From Azolla caroliniana (Eukaryota; Plantae; Polypodiophyta): DNA of 64,000 nucleotides. The notes under the pieces were generated by a model. The model did not search any database and was not told the origin of the DNA. It was given only the letters and a program-made list of their open reading frames with translations. Shown piece after piece: positions 1 through 23,849 of the stretch (within the stretch, counting starts at the first letter, position 1; the number at the start of each line of letters is the position of its first letter). The position numbers and the translations under genes were made by a program. Location: NCBI GenBank assembly GCA_043228905.1, contig JBHGNT010000030.1, positions 62,001 through 126,000 on the forward strand, in the 5' to 3' direction.

Positions 1-496
1 GGGTGAACTCATGTGTCATCTGACACCTGCATAGGGCCAAGTCACGTAGATAAACGTGTATCATGTTTAATTCTATCATAAACGCTTCATGACTTGAGGG
101 TGAAACCTCTTCCGTCAACGTTTAAATATTGCCATTAGTTGATTATCAGCTTGTTAATACTGTTTTGATTAGTTCTTAAGATCACAAAAGTTTACTCTTG
201 TAGAAGTACATTTTCAGGAAAGCAGTCAGTAGAATCTGTTTTTAGTGTATATAAATTCTTTTGTCATGACTTATCACCTATTCATATTTACTTCAAGTTT
301 CTGGTTTTGACTTTTCTTTTTGCTTTTTTTTTGAAATTTTCTCTTTTCTCTAAAAGTGGCAGTTCATTGTGTGCTAGTTTACCCCTAGAAGCCATCAAAT
401 TTGACTCCTATTCTTGTCAGATATCTTCGCAATGTTCTTCACATGTTTTCTGCATTGTTCACTATTTGCCTGAGTTCCAGACTTGTTTTATGACAG

Positions 497-3400
497 TTGG
501 CAGAAGAGCTGAGAGAAAAAGAAAAGAAAGAAAGACAGGTTCAGGAAGAGCTTGAAGGACTTAAGGACTCCCTTTATGCAGAGGAAAAAGCTATAACTGA
601 GCTTACTGAAGAACGGGAGAAGTTGCGCAAATTATTGGAGGAAAAAGAGTTTGCACTTGTTGTAAATCTCTTCTTTTCTCTCCATGTCAGCTATTAAACT
701 TGTATTTGAAAGTTTGCATAACTTTTTTGATGTTCTAAGTTATAGCTGTATATGCAGACGGCCCAGGAAGGAGGTACTGATCCCTGCAATTCTACTATAA
801 AGAGGACTGTCAGAGGCTCTAAACAAGATAAAGACATTCTACCTACTGAAAAGGATAGAATTTCACAGATCCGTAACCTGGAGACACAGGTAGTTTTTGG
901 GTCATCATGAAGGGGTAGATATGAGTCTCCATTTCAGAAATAGTTCCTGTACACTGAAACATAATCTTCTCACAGTACCTTATGGAAGTTGATTTCAATG
1001 TTATTGGTTTGACATTGTTAGGTAAATACTCTATGGACTGATCTGAAGGCAAGGACTGATGATCTTCATACAGTGGGGGAGAATGCCAAAAAGCTAGCGA
1101 TTGAGAAACAACTACTTGAACAAAAGGTCAATCGAATGGAGAAGAACAAAAGTGATGAGGTAAGTAAACTTTCCATTCATCTGTCTGATATATTTTTCTA
1201 TCTAGCTATGTTTGCATATGCATTTTGAGATCATTCACGTTTTCATCCAGTTTAGACCATTGGTTGTAACTGTCAAGGGGGAGGAGAAAGCTTCGGAAAA
1301 TATGAAGCGAGAAGCTAGCTTCAGAAGATATGAAGCAGCACTCTCTCTTGGATGGTGCAGGGTGTTTTGCTCACTAATACAAGCAAGGAAGAAACGTAAA
1401 TTAGCAGAATAAAAACAAGTTGATTAAGTTAGAATATAACATATGATAGAATCCAAGTATGCAACCCATGGGAGTAGAAAAGTTATATGAATACATGGAA
1501 TTGAAGGTAATAGATGACACACCCGTGGAAAGATTAAGACTAAAAGGGTAGGAAAAAAATGTAAAGGAATCAAAAAGACCTTTCAACATTTTAGTATCCT
1601 TCAGGAGGACAGTGGGTGCCAGGGAGGACAGTTGGAGTAGATGAGGTATTTTCAACATTTTAGTATCCTTCAGGAGCCATCCTATTTCCTCTGTTGTCAA
1701 AAGTTGATCAAAGAAGATAAAAGTGGCATTTGTTTAGAAAATTTTTGAGCTCTTTATATCTTATGATCATCGTGGAAGCAAGCACACCTGATCCTCGACA
1801 GATGCTTACTGTTATTCTGTAGGATCATTCATATATTGTTTTGTACTACTCATTGTATTGTGCATTACCATGCATGTCTTACACTGTCTATAATATACCT
1901 ATATTAATTCTAGTGTGTGTATTGAGGATTGTAAGAGAAGTTTCTCTCACAATTATGTTGTGCTTGTGGTTTGAGAAAGTATAGTGTTCTGTATCATTGG
2001 AGAGATTTATGGGGCGATATATTACTTCGTTCACCTGTAAACAAACCTCCACCACAATGTGAAAGTAGGTGAATATAGCATGGACATGGATGTTTTCAGA
2101 GAGATATATTGAAATATATGGTGTTCAGACATCTTGATAGCATGACCATTTGATCTTGAAGTAGTTATATTTGTCTGTTACCTTGGAAATGGACGCAGTA
2201 TTGAAGCAAAAACGTGAACAAATGTATTTTCTGTAGATATTTATGGAATGGTTGCTTAGTCATAATGCATATATTTGTATTTGGTTATAGGCGAAAGCAT
2301 TAGAGCAAAAGTTTGAACAAGAACGAGAGACTTTGAGAAACCGTGTGGCTGATTTGGAAAAGAAACTCAATGTTTGCACACAAGAGCTTACCATGGCTGG
2401 ATCAGCACTAGCCCTTCGTGATTCTGAATTAGAAGCTTTGCAAGGATGTTCAAAAGAGCTAGAAGAGCTTCGAGAAATGAAAGAGGTTAGGTGGTATTCT
2501 AATTATTCACATTCTGCAGTTTTTAAATGGTTCTCTCTGATTTGTTTTATTGGTGGTCTTTGCTCAAGGATATTGATAGGAAAAATGAGCAGACAGCTGC
2601 TATCCTTAAGAGACAAGCTGATCAATTGGCTGGCCTTGAAGCCCTATATAAAGAAGAACACATATTAAGGAAGCGCTATTTTAACATGATGGAAGGTTAG
2701 TCCACATGCATAATCAATAACAATCTGTTTCTATCCACCACTCTCAATCGAGCAATCATGAACAAGTCTTTTTGACCTAAACACCATGTGGACAATGTGG
2801 TTGAAGAATTTATTCAAGTGTTATGTGTGTCTTGTAGATATGAAGGGAAAGATCAGAGTTTTTGCTCGTTGGAGACCACTAAGTGAAAAGGAGAAATGTG
2901 AGAATCAGAAATCCATTCTGTCAGCCCTTGATGAGTTCACATTGGAACATCCATGGAAAGATGACAAACCAAAACAGTTTCAGTTTGATCGTGTTTTTGA
3001 TGAGCATAGCACACAAACAGACATATTTGAGGATACGAAGGTATTTGAGGGTAAACACCATGTAAATTTTCGAGTAGATGCTCAATCTACTTTTATCAAT
3101 TTATATTTCAAAATATGTGGGATGCCCTAAATGAAGAGGCAATATCATTAACATGGATATTTCATTATAAGATATTGCTATTATGTAAAATTCCATGACT
3201 AAATATGGAACTTTGTTTGCAGTATTTGGTACAATCTGCAGTTGATGGATTCAATGTTTGCATATTTGCTTATGGTCAAACTGGTTCTGGAAAAACTTTT
3301 ACAATATATGGTTCAGAAAGTAACCCAGGCCTAACACCAAGAGCCACTCGAGAACTCTTAAGCATTGTCAAAAGAGATAGCAACAGGTTTTCATTTTCGT

Positions 3401-5163
3401 TGAAGGTATATAATAATTGAGGATTCCAATGTTCTTTACCTATTCTTGATGTGTCCCCATGTAAAGCTCATATGTTTCTCTTGTTTTAAGATTTATGTTC
3501 TTTACCTATTCTTGATGTGTCCCCATGTAAAGCTCATATGTTTCTCTTGTTTTAAGATTTATGTTCTTTACCTATTCTTGATGTGTCCCCATGTAAAGCT
3601 CATATGTTTCTCTTTATTTTAAGATTTATATGATTGAGCTATATCAAGATACACTAGTAGATTTACTACTTCCAACAAAAAATGCAAAGCGTCTCAAGCT
3701 TGAGGTTAAGAAGGATTCAAAGGTATTTTGTCTTTGTGTATATTCACTGTTAATCACACGATGCTAAAAACATATTTTGGTCATTTTGAACAGACAATTA
3801 AATCTACGGCTGATCTTTTGTGCTGAAGAAAAACGGTATTGCATTGTTATGATAATGTAAATAACTCTTGTGCAGGGTATGGTCTTGGTTGAAAACTGTA
3901 CATTAGTTCCTATTTCCACACTGGAGGAATTGGAAGCAACTGTTGTGAAAGGGCTAGAAAGACGACATATATCAGGCACTCAAATGAACGCTGAGAGTTC
4001 CAGATCTCATCTCATTCTCTCCATAATAATTGAAAGCACAAATCTCCAGACTCAGGTTCAAGTAAAAGGAAAGGTAAAGTTCAATGCTCTCTTAGATTCG
4101 CCACTACCTCTGTTCATTCTGTACACAATGCTGAGATTTCAATGTAAAATACAGGGCAAAACATGCTAAATTTTTGAATAATTACAAGAATACTTCCAAG
4201 GGTGCAAAAATTACCAGAATATCCTTCTCTAATAGTAAACGTTGTACTACAGAAGGGTATTCTGTTAATTTTTTAAACTTATAAGGGATTCTTGTATTCT
4301 GCTGCTCTCTCATGATATTGATAGAAACAAAGAAAGATATATTGACTGTCTTTTAAGAGGCCAAAATGGCCTATAAGACCAAACAAGACATTACATCTTA
4401 AGTGTTGTCTCTTCTTTGAGAACAAATCAAAATAAAATAAATATTACACAGTAAATATTAAAGAAAGGAAGTGTTTCATTTTGGTTTTCTGCAGCTTAGT
4501 TTTGTCGATCTGGCTGGTTCCGAGCGAGTTAAAAAGTCGGGGTCTAGTGGTGAACAGCTAAAGGAAGCTCAAAGTATAAACAAGTCGCTATCTGCTCTTG
4601 GTGATGTAATTAGTGCACTAGCAGTAGAGGAACAACATATTCCTTACAGAAATCACAAGCTTACAATGTTGATGAGTGACTCGCTTGGTGGCAATGCAAA
4701 GACACTGATGTTTGTTAATATTTCTCCGGCAGAATCGAACCTCGATGAGACATATAACTCTCTTGGGTAAAGCTTTCGTGCATCTATTTGGTTTTTCTGC
4801 ATTTTTTGTTGTTAAGGGAGATGCTCTTCTTTTAACACAGACATGACATCTAACCAATTGCTTGAGATTCAATGCCATAACCTTAACATTAGCATCGTGT
4901 TTATATATTATTTGATTTTTTAAATCCCAGTAAGAGAATCAGTTTCTACTAGTTAATATATGACTTGTCAACCAACATAACTTTTCAGATATGCATCCCG
5001 GGTGCGAGCCATCACCAATGATGCTAGCAAGAATGTGTCATCCAAGGAAGTAATGCGTCTGAAGAAATTAGTGGGTTATTGGAAGGAGCAAGCAGGCAAA
5101 AGACCTGAAGAAGAAGAGCTGACTGATATCCAGGATGAGCGATACATCAAGGGCAAGGCGTGA
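497..5163 (+). CDS. KCBP: Kinesin-like calmodulin-binding protein (kinesin-14, ZWICHEL), 3' half; the 5' part lies upstream of the window
   Basis: GT-AG exons read by eye: 497-661, 758-889, 1022-1159, 2291-2485, 2569-2695, 2838-3040, 3223-3405, 3624-3722, 3876-4073, 4495-4766, 4989-5163 (TGA), with consistent phases. A coiled coil is followed by a C-terminal motor ([10 protein letters not shown]-loop [39 protein letters not shown]), then the KCBP calmodulin-binding helix [19 protein letters not shown] and acidic tail [11 protein letters not shown]. Confidence 0.96.
3429..3629 (+). repeat. Three tandem copies of a 66-67 bp unit spanning a KCBP intron 3' end and splice acceptor
   Basis: GTTCTTTACCTATTCTTGATGTGTCCCCATGTAAAGCTCATATGTTTCTC...TTTTAAG|ATTTAT starts at 3431, 3497 and 3563. 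Confidence 0.95.
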
Positions 5164-5889
5164 AAGTAATGCTTTTTTTTGTCATCCTACCTTCAGACTC
5201 ACATAGAGTTAGAGCACATCTTTGCGCCATAAATTTTCAATCCGTTAATTGAGATGGCTTGCGGCATTCATTGAAAAAAATAAAATGTAAGCATTGTTTG
5301 TCTGTCATTACAGACAATTGTAAAATATATTTTTATCAATTCACCGAACTCCAGCAATTTCAGAATTCAAAGAAGCTTTTCATGGACATTTTGGAAAGAG
5401 TGAAGAAACAAATTGTCAAATGATTACCCACAAACAAAGGAGAAACTATCAACAAACTACCCAAATATTTCATTTGTAACTGATCATAAAATAAATTGCC
5501 ATTCTTTCTGGGGGACAAGCTTCTCAGTATAGCAGGAAGAAGAGAAATATACTGTTCTATGTGATTCTTTATGGGGTTAGGCTTAAGCAAAATCCAATGT
5601 TAGGTGACACTTGCTTACCACAGAATCTGTTTTTCTTTGTCATCATGATTTACCACATTTTTATCCTTTCCTGTCACAATCGTTGTAATGATTACACATG
5701 TTTTCCCTTTGAAAATGCAACATTTTTGTAATGCCATCTCCAATTTTGCTAAATTTTCTTATTCAATCCCATAGGTAGTATTATATCCTATTGGGATAGT
5801 ACAAGATTTGAAATCAATCCTTTTATGTATTTTCCAAAAATCATAACATTTTCCAAATCTTGGTATTTTTGTGCTTGTTCACAATGCAT

Positions 5890-6180
5890 TGCTCACATGA
5901 GCAAGGATGCAAACTCTCTTTAGTTTTTGCATTGATGAATTGGAGCAAATGATTGATGAGTTTTTGAAAACTAAAATGCATTGAAGTGGTGCTATATGGG
6001 GAGCATTATCAATTGGCAATCAAAATACTACAAATAAAGATCAGCCATGTATTGTGAACTATATGTTTGAGGTTCTCTACAACCATAGATAAGAGTGAAT
6101 GTGTTACTCATTGTCTTGAGAATATTTGTAATGAAGGGAAAATCAAATGTTGGGTTCTCAAGAAACACTTCTGGCACTTT
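5890..6180 (+). mobile_element. Heavily decayed RTE/RTEX-like LINE relic; a further piece lies at ~8085-8170
   Basis: Visible nucleotide similarity to the LINE at 29.1-31.1 kb, e.g. CAAGGATGC...GCATTGATGAATTGGAGCAAATG here vs CAAGGATGC...GCATTGATGAATGGGAAGAAATG there, and TCACTTCCCATTGAGATCTTCGGCATGGAA (8111) vs TCACTTCCATTGAGATTATGGCCATGGAA (30356). Confidence 0.6.
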
Positions 6181-6790
6181 CGAGTATGGCATTGTAACAT
6201 CCCAATGCCATCCTTGAGTTCACTTCGAGGTTCAAATTTGTTTCATATAGATATGAGTCTAGCATGTTGACTCATTGTACTAATTTATAAGTTCCAAGAT
6301 ATTGTGGTGTGCATGTGTTCCGTTGTGCCACCCTTTTTAGGATGCACGTACCCAAGTTGACCCACCCTTTTAGCACACCCAACCCAAATGGATTCCGTTG
6401 TATCAACTATAAATTGATTAAGAAGTAAGAAGCTAAGTAGACTGGTTTTGATCTCTTATGTGCACCAGCCCCCACATCCAAGCATCCACCTCTTCTACTT
6501 CGTAGGTAGCATCGCCCTCGCCACCGTCACCGACACTCTTGTTACTCTCTTGTAGTAGTATCTCTTCCATTAGCACCGCCTTAGTTCACTAGTTAGGCCT
6601 CCCGACATCCATCGCTTCCTCCATCCAAGTCTTTTTTTGCGATCGCCATCTATACCTCTCTAGCACGCAAGCCCACTACACCTTCACCTTAGACACTCTC
6701 ACTTTCTCACACCACTTTTATGTCTTGCCCCACCAACTCTTCCCCCTCACCTTAGGTTGCCCACTAACTTCTTGTCCCATGAGTTTCTCT

Positions 6791-7088
6791 GATCCCCCTC
6801 CTACACAATAGCCCCCCTGTCCCCCACCTCAGCCAAGTCCAGGTGGCCCTTAGTCCACAAGAGTGATTGATCTTTCTTTGCCAAATGATCTTTTCCCCGA
6901 TCCCCCTCTGACACGATAGCCCTCTTGTCCTCCACCTCAGCCAAGTCAAGGTGGCCCTCAGTCCACAGGAGCGATTGATCTTCACCGCCATATGATCTTT
7001 CCTCGATCCCCCTCCGACACGATAGCCCTCCTGTCCCCCACCTCAGCAAAGTCCAAGTGGCCCTCAGTCCACAGGAGTGATTGATCTC
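6791..7088. repeat. About 107-bp tandem repeat (~3 copies) inside the TRIM-like element
   Basis: GATCCCCCTC...CCACCTCAGCCAAGTC...GTGGCCCT.AGTCCACA.GAG.GATTGATCT units start at 6791, 6899 and 7005. Confidence 0.9.
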
Positions 7089-7380
7089 TATTCGTTGATT
7101 GATAGCTCGTTTTCCGTCACTAGCCCCGTCCAATTATCAAGGCCAACAGTTCCATGGGGATGTCCTCAACGTCGTTGCAACTCAACTACGTGTCCGTAGA
7201 TGTTTACATCCCCACGCCATCTTCACCAGACGCCTCAACAAGACCCTCAAACACGAGATGGCTGCATAAATCAACCCTTTTCAAGCACTCTATGGGCATA
7301 ACCCTCGCCTCGCACTAGAATCATCCATGGATTTTCATTTGAAACCTGCCATCAAATGCTCCCCCTCCTTCGACAAGCCA

Positions 7381-7428
7381 TTGTTCTTGTTCTTGTTCTT
7401 GTTCTTGTTCTTGTTCTTGTTCTTGTTC
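7381..7428. repeat. (TTGTTC)n microsatellite
   Basis: Run of TTGTTC hexamers seen directly. Confidence 0.9.
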
Positions 7429-7705
7429 ATGTACCTGTCTTGTTCTTGTTCATGTACCTGTCTTGTTCTTGTTCATGCCCCTCAATCTCTTGTTTCTCGC
7501 AGGGGGGGAATGTGGTGTGCATGTGTTCCTTTGTACCACCCTTTTAGCTCACCCTTTCTAGGATGCACGTACCCAAGTTGACCCACCCTTTTAGCACACC
7601 CTTTTTAGCCAACCCAACCCAAATGGGTTCCGTTGTATCAACTATAAATTGATTAAGGAAGAAGCTAAGTAGACTGGTTTTGATCTCTTATGTGCATTTC
7701 ACAAT

Positions 7706-8056
7706 ATTAAGAATAACTCTAGATCACTCTAGAAACCCCAAATTGTCGGACAAGTGTGGGTTGATATTCCACCATCCAAATGTTGTGATCTAGGCCATTT
7801 ATTGTAAGTGCTAGTCTCTATAAATTGAAGCTTCACCACTCATCAAATCATTCTAGATCTAGAATATTGACTAATTGTACTACTTTATAAGTTCCAAGAT
7901 ACTAAGAATAGCTCTAGATCACTCTAGAAATCAAAAACATCAGACAAGTGTTGCAACAATGTGGGTTGATATTCCACCATCCAAATGTTGTGATCTAGGC
8001 CATTTATTGTAAGTGCTAGTCTCTATAAATTGAAGCTTCACAACTCATCAAATCAC
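7706..8056. repeat. About 200-bp local duplication; the first copy is interrupted by the TRIM-like element
   Basis: CTCTAGATCACTCTAGAAA and GTGGGTTGATATTCCACCATCCAAATGTTGTGATCTAGGCC...ATCAAATCA each occur twice; 7868-7900 matches 6268-6300. Confidence 0.85.
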
Positions 8057-8995
8057 TCTTGAATGAACTCTTGTCATTAATTGAGTGTACCCTTCTACTT
8101 CTTCAGTGTATCACTTCCCATTGAGATCTTCGGCATGGAACGGGTTGTTGAGTACATGCTTAAGCATTCCCATCCACTGCATATAACAAAAATTCGAGGT
8201 CCGGATGGATGCACAATATGAAGCATAGTTTTGGGAAACCTTAGTATGACATGACAATCAGGCAAAAACTTAGTGTAAAAAACCACTGCAAAGCATTACA
8301 ACCCATGAACACAAATTCTAACCTTGCACAAAACTGGGAAACTTACAGTAGCTGATAATATAGGAGACATAAAAAGCACTACATGACAAAAATTAAATGT
8401 TATACATCACCCACATTGGTTTTAGGCAGAAGGTTCGCAACCTAAATTGCAGCAGTGTTCCAGCGGGCTGTTATGTCCTCATTCATAACACAAACAGAGT
8501 TGGCAAACAATGTGGATAAATTTAGTGATTAATTAGATAAATTACAGCTATAGTGCCCAGTCTTGACAATCTTACTTGCCTCATTAGTGTTTTACATGTG
8601 AGCACTGATGCACAGGACAGTCTCTCCAAGGTGGGATGCAAACAATTAAAATACAATAGTCAGTGCCACCCATGCAGTCCAAAAAGCCCTACAAAATTTG
8701 TTACAATTGGACCCAGTAAGGGTCATGCGAGTCACTGTAGCGCTCCTTCCCATTCTGGAAAAGCACTGGTGAAATGAATCTAGGTCACACACGGCTTGCT
8801 CCATGCTTTCTATCTCCAGTAAGATAAGTGCCTCTGGAAGAGGAACTGCTGTACTGCTCGATATGCATACACCTTACCTGAGCCAGTTGGACAATAGAGA
8901 GAGCTTCGAGATTTGGCACGGCACCAAATAGCAATGGGAGATTTAAAGGCACGAGTACTCCCATTAGCATAATGCTTTTGTATGGAACGTGTTGA

Positions 8996-20321
<11,326 letters not shown>

Positions 20322-22581
20322 ATAGTCCCTAATCTTGTTTATTATGAAGATTGAATAACAATAATCAACTTTGAGCACCTTGGTTGAACTACAATACACA
20401 AGCTGATTCCTATTAAATGCTAAAGAAGCATAAGGATTCAGACCAAACAGAATTTGAAGGCCAGTCAAAGCCTGCTAGCAGCAAAATATGAAGATTTCTT
20501 TTATTGATAAACCTAGGAAAATATTATAGTCAAACATGAATCGCAGAATCTGTCAAAGCCTGCTAGCAGCAGAATGTGTGGTTTTCTTTTATTAATAGAC
20601 CTAAGGAAATTACAGAATCTATCTGCGTCAATACTCCTACATATTTCTGTCAGTATCAGTGAGGACTGCATGTCCTTCAGTGTGATACCATTTCAATTTC
20701 CTCCATGAAATTGAAATGGTTTTCTTTGTGGTTTTCAAGTTCAGTATTAGTGCTTCTCTTTTATGATAAGCCTAGAAAATTCACATAGTCGGACATGAAT
20801 CACGACTCAGAGAACCTGTCTTAGTTAATATGTCTACATCTTTTTGTTGCTATCAGTAAGGATTGCATGTCCTTTAGTGTGGTACCATTCCAGATTATCA
20901 TTACCATAAGTAGTCAGCTAGCCACAATTGACCTCATATGACATATTTACTATTGGAGTTCAAGAGTCAGGAAATAACTGAGTACTGAAAATGAATTGTG
21001 CAACGCATGGAAAAACTTTTTACAGTCAGACTGAAACATGAAACAGCTGAATGGTTGAAAGTTCCAAAGTGAAGGAAATGCTAAATCTGAAATGGGGATC
21101 TACCTTAAAAAAAAATTAGGTGTTTAACATTAAGGGGATAAAAGTTGGGTCTAAAACGAATCACGAAACGGTATTAATATTTAATTTTTGGTCCAGCCTC
21201 AGACAACCTGCCAAGGTGCCATATGATTATTTCTTTTAATGTGTGGTGGTAGGGGAATTTGTGGGGAAATAGATTTTTTCTTTCCATTATAGTCATTCCT
21301 CGTCTTTGGGTAATCTACTGACATCACTATCAGCCCCAGAGTCTAAGAAATGAACCCTAATCCTAATTACAGATAAAGTTCTGTTCATCTAAATTCCAAT
21401 CATATCTAGTTAATAGATATAATATTTTACCATGTTACATAATCTAGAAGTTTCAGTCAGAGTTCAGATCAGGATCGTTGAAAGGTGAAACAAAGCATTC
21501 CAGGACTGAAAACATTTCAAGGTGGCATTACAGGTGCAACAAATGGTGTTCGCATCTGAAGCTGGGATACCCAAGAAGTGACTTCCACTCAGGAAAATAG
21601 AGATTCAGATAGTATCCAAATTAAAATTATCCCAAAGTCTCTGATTGACTTGCATCTCAAAGCTATGGAAAATGTTTCCTTGGAAAAACGTGACTGGCTA
21701 TTGGTTAAATTACTTTATCTAACATATAGCTAAGGTTAGACCATCAATCTAGTTGTAATACAATATTCAGTAAAGGAAATTTATCAATCTATATTATGAG
21801 CAATGTAGACAACTGTAGTAGATCAAGGCAATGTTCAGGAAAGGAAGTAGATCAGTTTTGATGCAAAATTAGTGGTGGTTTCTATACTTTCTGTAGTTTA
21901 AACTCTCAATCTCATTGTCATAAGAGTAAGTATCGGTATACTTAAAATAATGCAGCCAAGTGTGATAGACCTCCAGGGAATGAAGTTGGCAAGAGAAAAT
22001 GGTGAATTTCCTGTTTTTGAATAGATTATATCTGTACTTTGGACCTCTAGGGGGTTGGCAAGAGAAAATAGGGAATTTCCTGTTTTCGGATTGATGATAT
22101 CTGTAGTTTGGACTTTCAACCTTGTTGTAATAGGATATCTAGAAAAGGAATTTAACAAGTAGTGCAGTCACCTGAAAAAGAACAAGATGGTGACAAAGGA
22201 AATAGACAAGATGCAATGCCAAATTTCTCAACTTCAAAGTGATCATTTCTGTAGATAAGGAACTAGCAATCATACAAGCAATAGGATCCCCAGTGAAGAA
22301 AATTAGCAAGTGATATCCAGTAATGGATTTAAAAAGTTATACTGTAAATAACAGAACCAAATGTAATGCCAAAACTCTCATCTTCAGAGAGATTATTGCT
22401 GTGAAGATAATGATTTCATGTATCATGGTTGCTTGATTTCAGAGAGGTTATTTTGGCAAAAATAATGAATGCTTGCTTTCCATGATTTCTCTCTTATCTC
22501 CAATACAAAAATGACATGATGTTCCAGCACCATGGACACAGAAACAAACAGCAAAGTCTAATAATTCTACAAAAAACAGAC

Positions 22582-22830
22582 TTTCTTGCTTTCCATAGTT
22601 TCTCTTGCATCTTTGGCAAGAGAAATTCTATGCAGTTCCAGAACTATTGGCACAGAAACACAAGAAACGCCTGGTAATCATGCAAAAGAATGTTTTCTTG
22701 CTTTCCATAGTTTCTCTTGCATCTTTGGCAAGAGAAATTCTATGCAGTTCCAGAACTATTGGCACAGAAACACAAGAAACGCCTGGTAATCATGCAAAAG
22801 AATGTTTTCTTGCTTTCCATGGTTTCTCTC
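22582..22830. repeat. 112-bp near-perfect tandem repeat with degenerate flanking copies
   Basis: TTTCTTGCTTTCCATAGTTTCTCTTGCATC...CATGCAAAAGAATG repeats with a period of 112; diverged copies at ~22470 and ~22810. Confidence 0.9.
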
Positions 22831-23207
22831 TCGTCTTCAATAAAAAAATGGCATGACATTCTAGCACAGTCAATACAGAAACACATAGAAACTCTCATAA
22901 TTGTAGAGGTTCTAGCTCTTCATGAAATGATGAAGGCCACACACATATCAACGATGAAGCAACCCAATTTGAAGTGACAATTGTCGTACAAAATAGAAGG
23001 GAAAAAAAACCTGGATAATACGAAAATCCATCGTGCAGGCCGTGGAGAATCTCAGGGTCGTAAAAGCATCAGAGCTTTCTGCTCGCAGAGAGATAGAAAA
23101 TAACAACTTTTGCCTAACAAAACTTCATTGATCGCGAATCTATACAGAAAACAGAAGAAGAAGTGGAAGCTCTGCCAGCGAGTTCGAAATCTTCGGTTCG
23201 TCTTCAC

Positions 23208-23600
23208 CTGTGCAGAGTTAAGAGTTCAGATTCACAGCTATTGGTTATGATCCTGCTTCTGTAACTGCTGGCGGAACCTGCTGATGTTACTGCTTCTGAT
23301 GAAGTTAGTGTTACTTTTACTGTTACTGTTACTGTTACTGTTACTGTTACTGTTACTGCTTCCCTGCGTCTGTTTATTATGCTTCTCTTACTATTTACTG
23401 TTAGTTCTGTGATGAATACGCTGGCAGCATGATGCGTTGTTTTAGCTGAAAGACGGGAAGAGAGAAAAAGGAGCGAGGCGATGGCGATGGAGATGGCGAT
23501 GGAGACAGAGACAGCGAGGCGAAGGCAGAGAAAACGCAACCCTAGAGAAAGAAACAGGAAAGGGAGCAGGAACCCTAAAACGCCATGGAGGCGAAGCTTC
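23208..23600 (-). promoter_or_regulatory. Probable 5' leader exon of PP4R3 with a 9-codon uORF, (AACAGT)n repeat and telo-box-like motifs
   Basis: Donor CAG|GTGAAG at 23207; uORF 23430-23401 (MLPAYSSQN*); AACCCTA at 23538 and 23571; CT-rich leader composition; G20 run at 23632-23651 upstream. The transcription start is not determinable. Confidence 0.5.
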
Positions 23601-23812
23601 TGTTTCTGTTTGTTCTGGTGTGTGTGGGGTTGGGGGGGGGGGGGGGGGGGGAGGAGAGGAGGAAAGAAGTACAAAAGTAAATAAAATAAATTTGGGTTTC
23701 AGAAAAATAATTATAAATCAACAAAGAAGAAGAAGAAAAGAGATGCCTTCAGACTCTTGTCTATCTGAGAGATCTCACAAAAGAAGGCAAATCTTCTTCT
23801 TCTTATTCTTCT

Positions 23813-23849
<37 letters not shown>

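Larger units (their letters stand above)
6303..7703 (+). mobile_element. Small non-autonomous LTR retroelement (TRIM-like, gypsy-derived)
   Basis: Direct terminal repeats at 6303-6464 and 7511-7703 (TGTGGTG...TTTCACA). PPT AGGGGGGGAA at 7501-7510, 4-bp TSD ATAT, integrase remnant INPFQALYGHNPR at ~7270-7308. Confidence 0.85.

Noticed and set aside
1266-2056. Possible solo LTR in the long KCBP intron (TGTAAC...CACCACA, with an internal 26-bp repeat at 1582/1651)
   Set aside because: No matching TSD or inverted termini could be found, so boundaries are unsupported.
3429-3629. CRISPR-like appearance of regular repeats (also 6791-7088 and 22582-22830)
   Set aside because: Units are contiguous with no unique spacers, and the context is eukaryotic with no cas genes.
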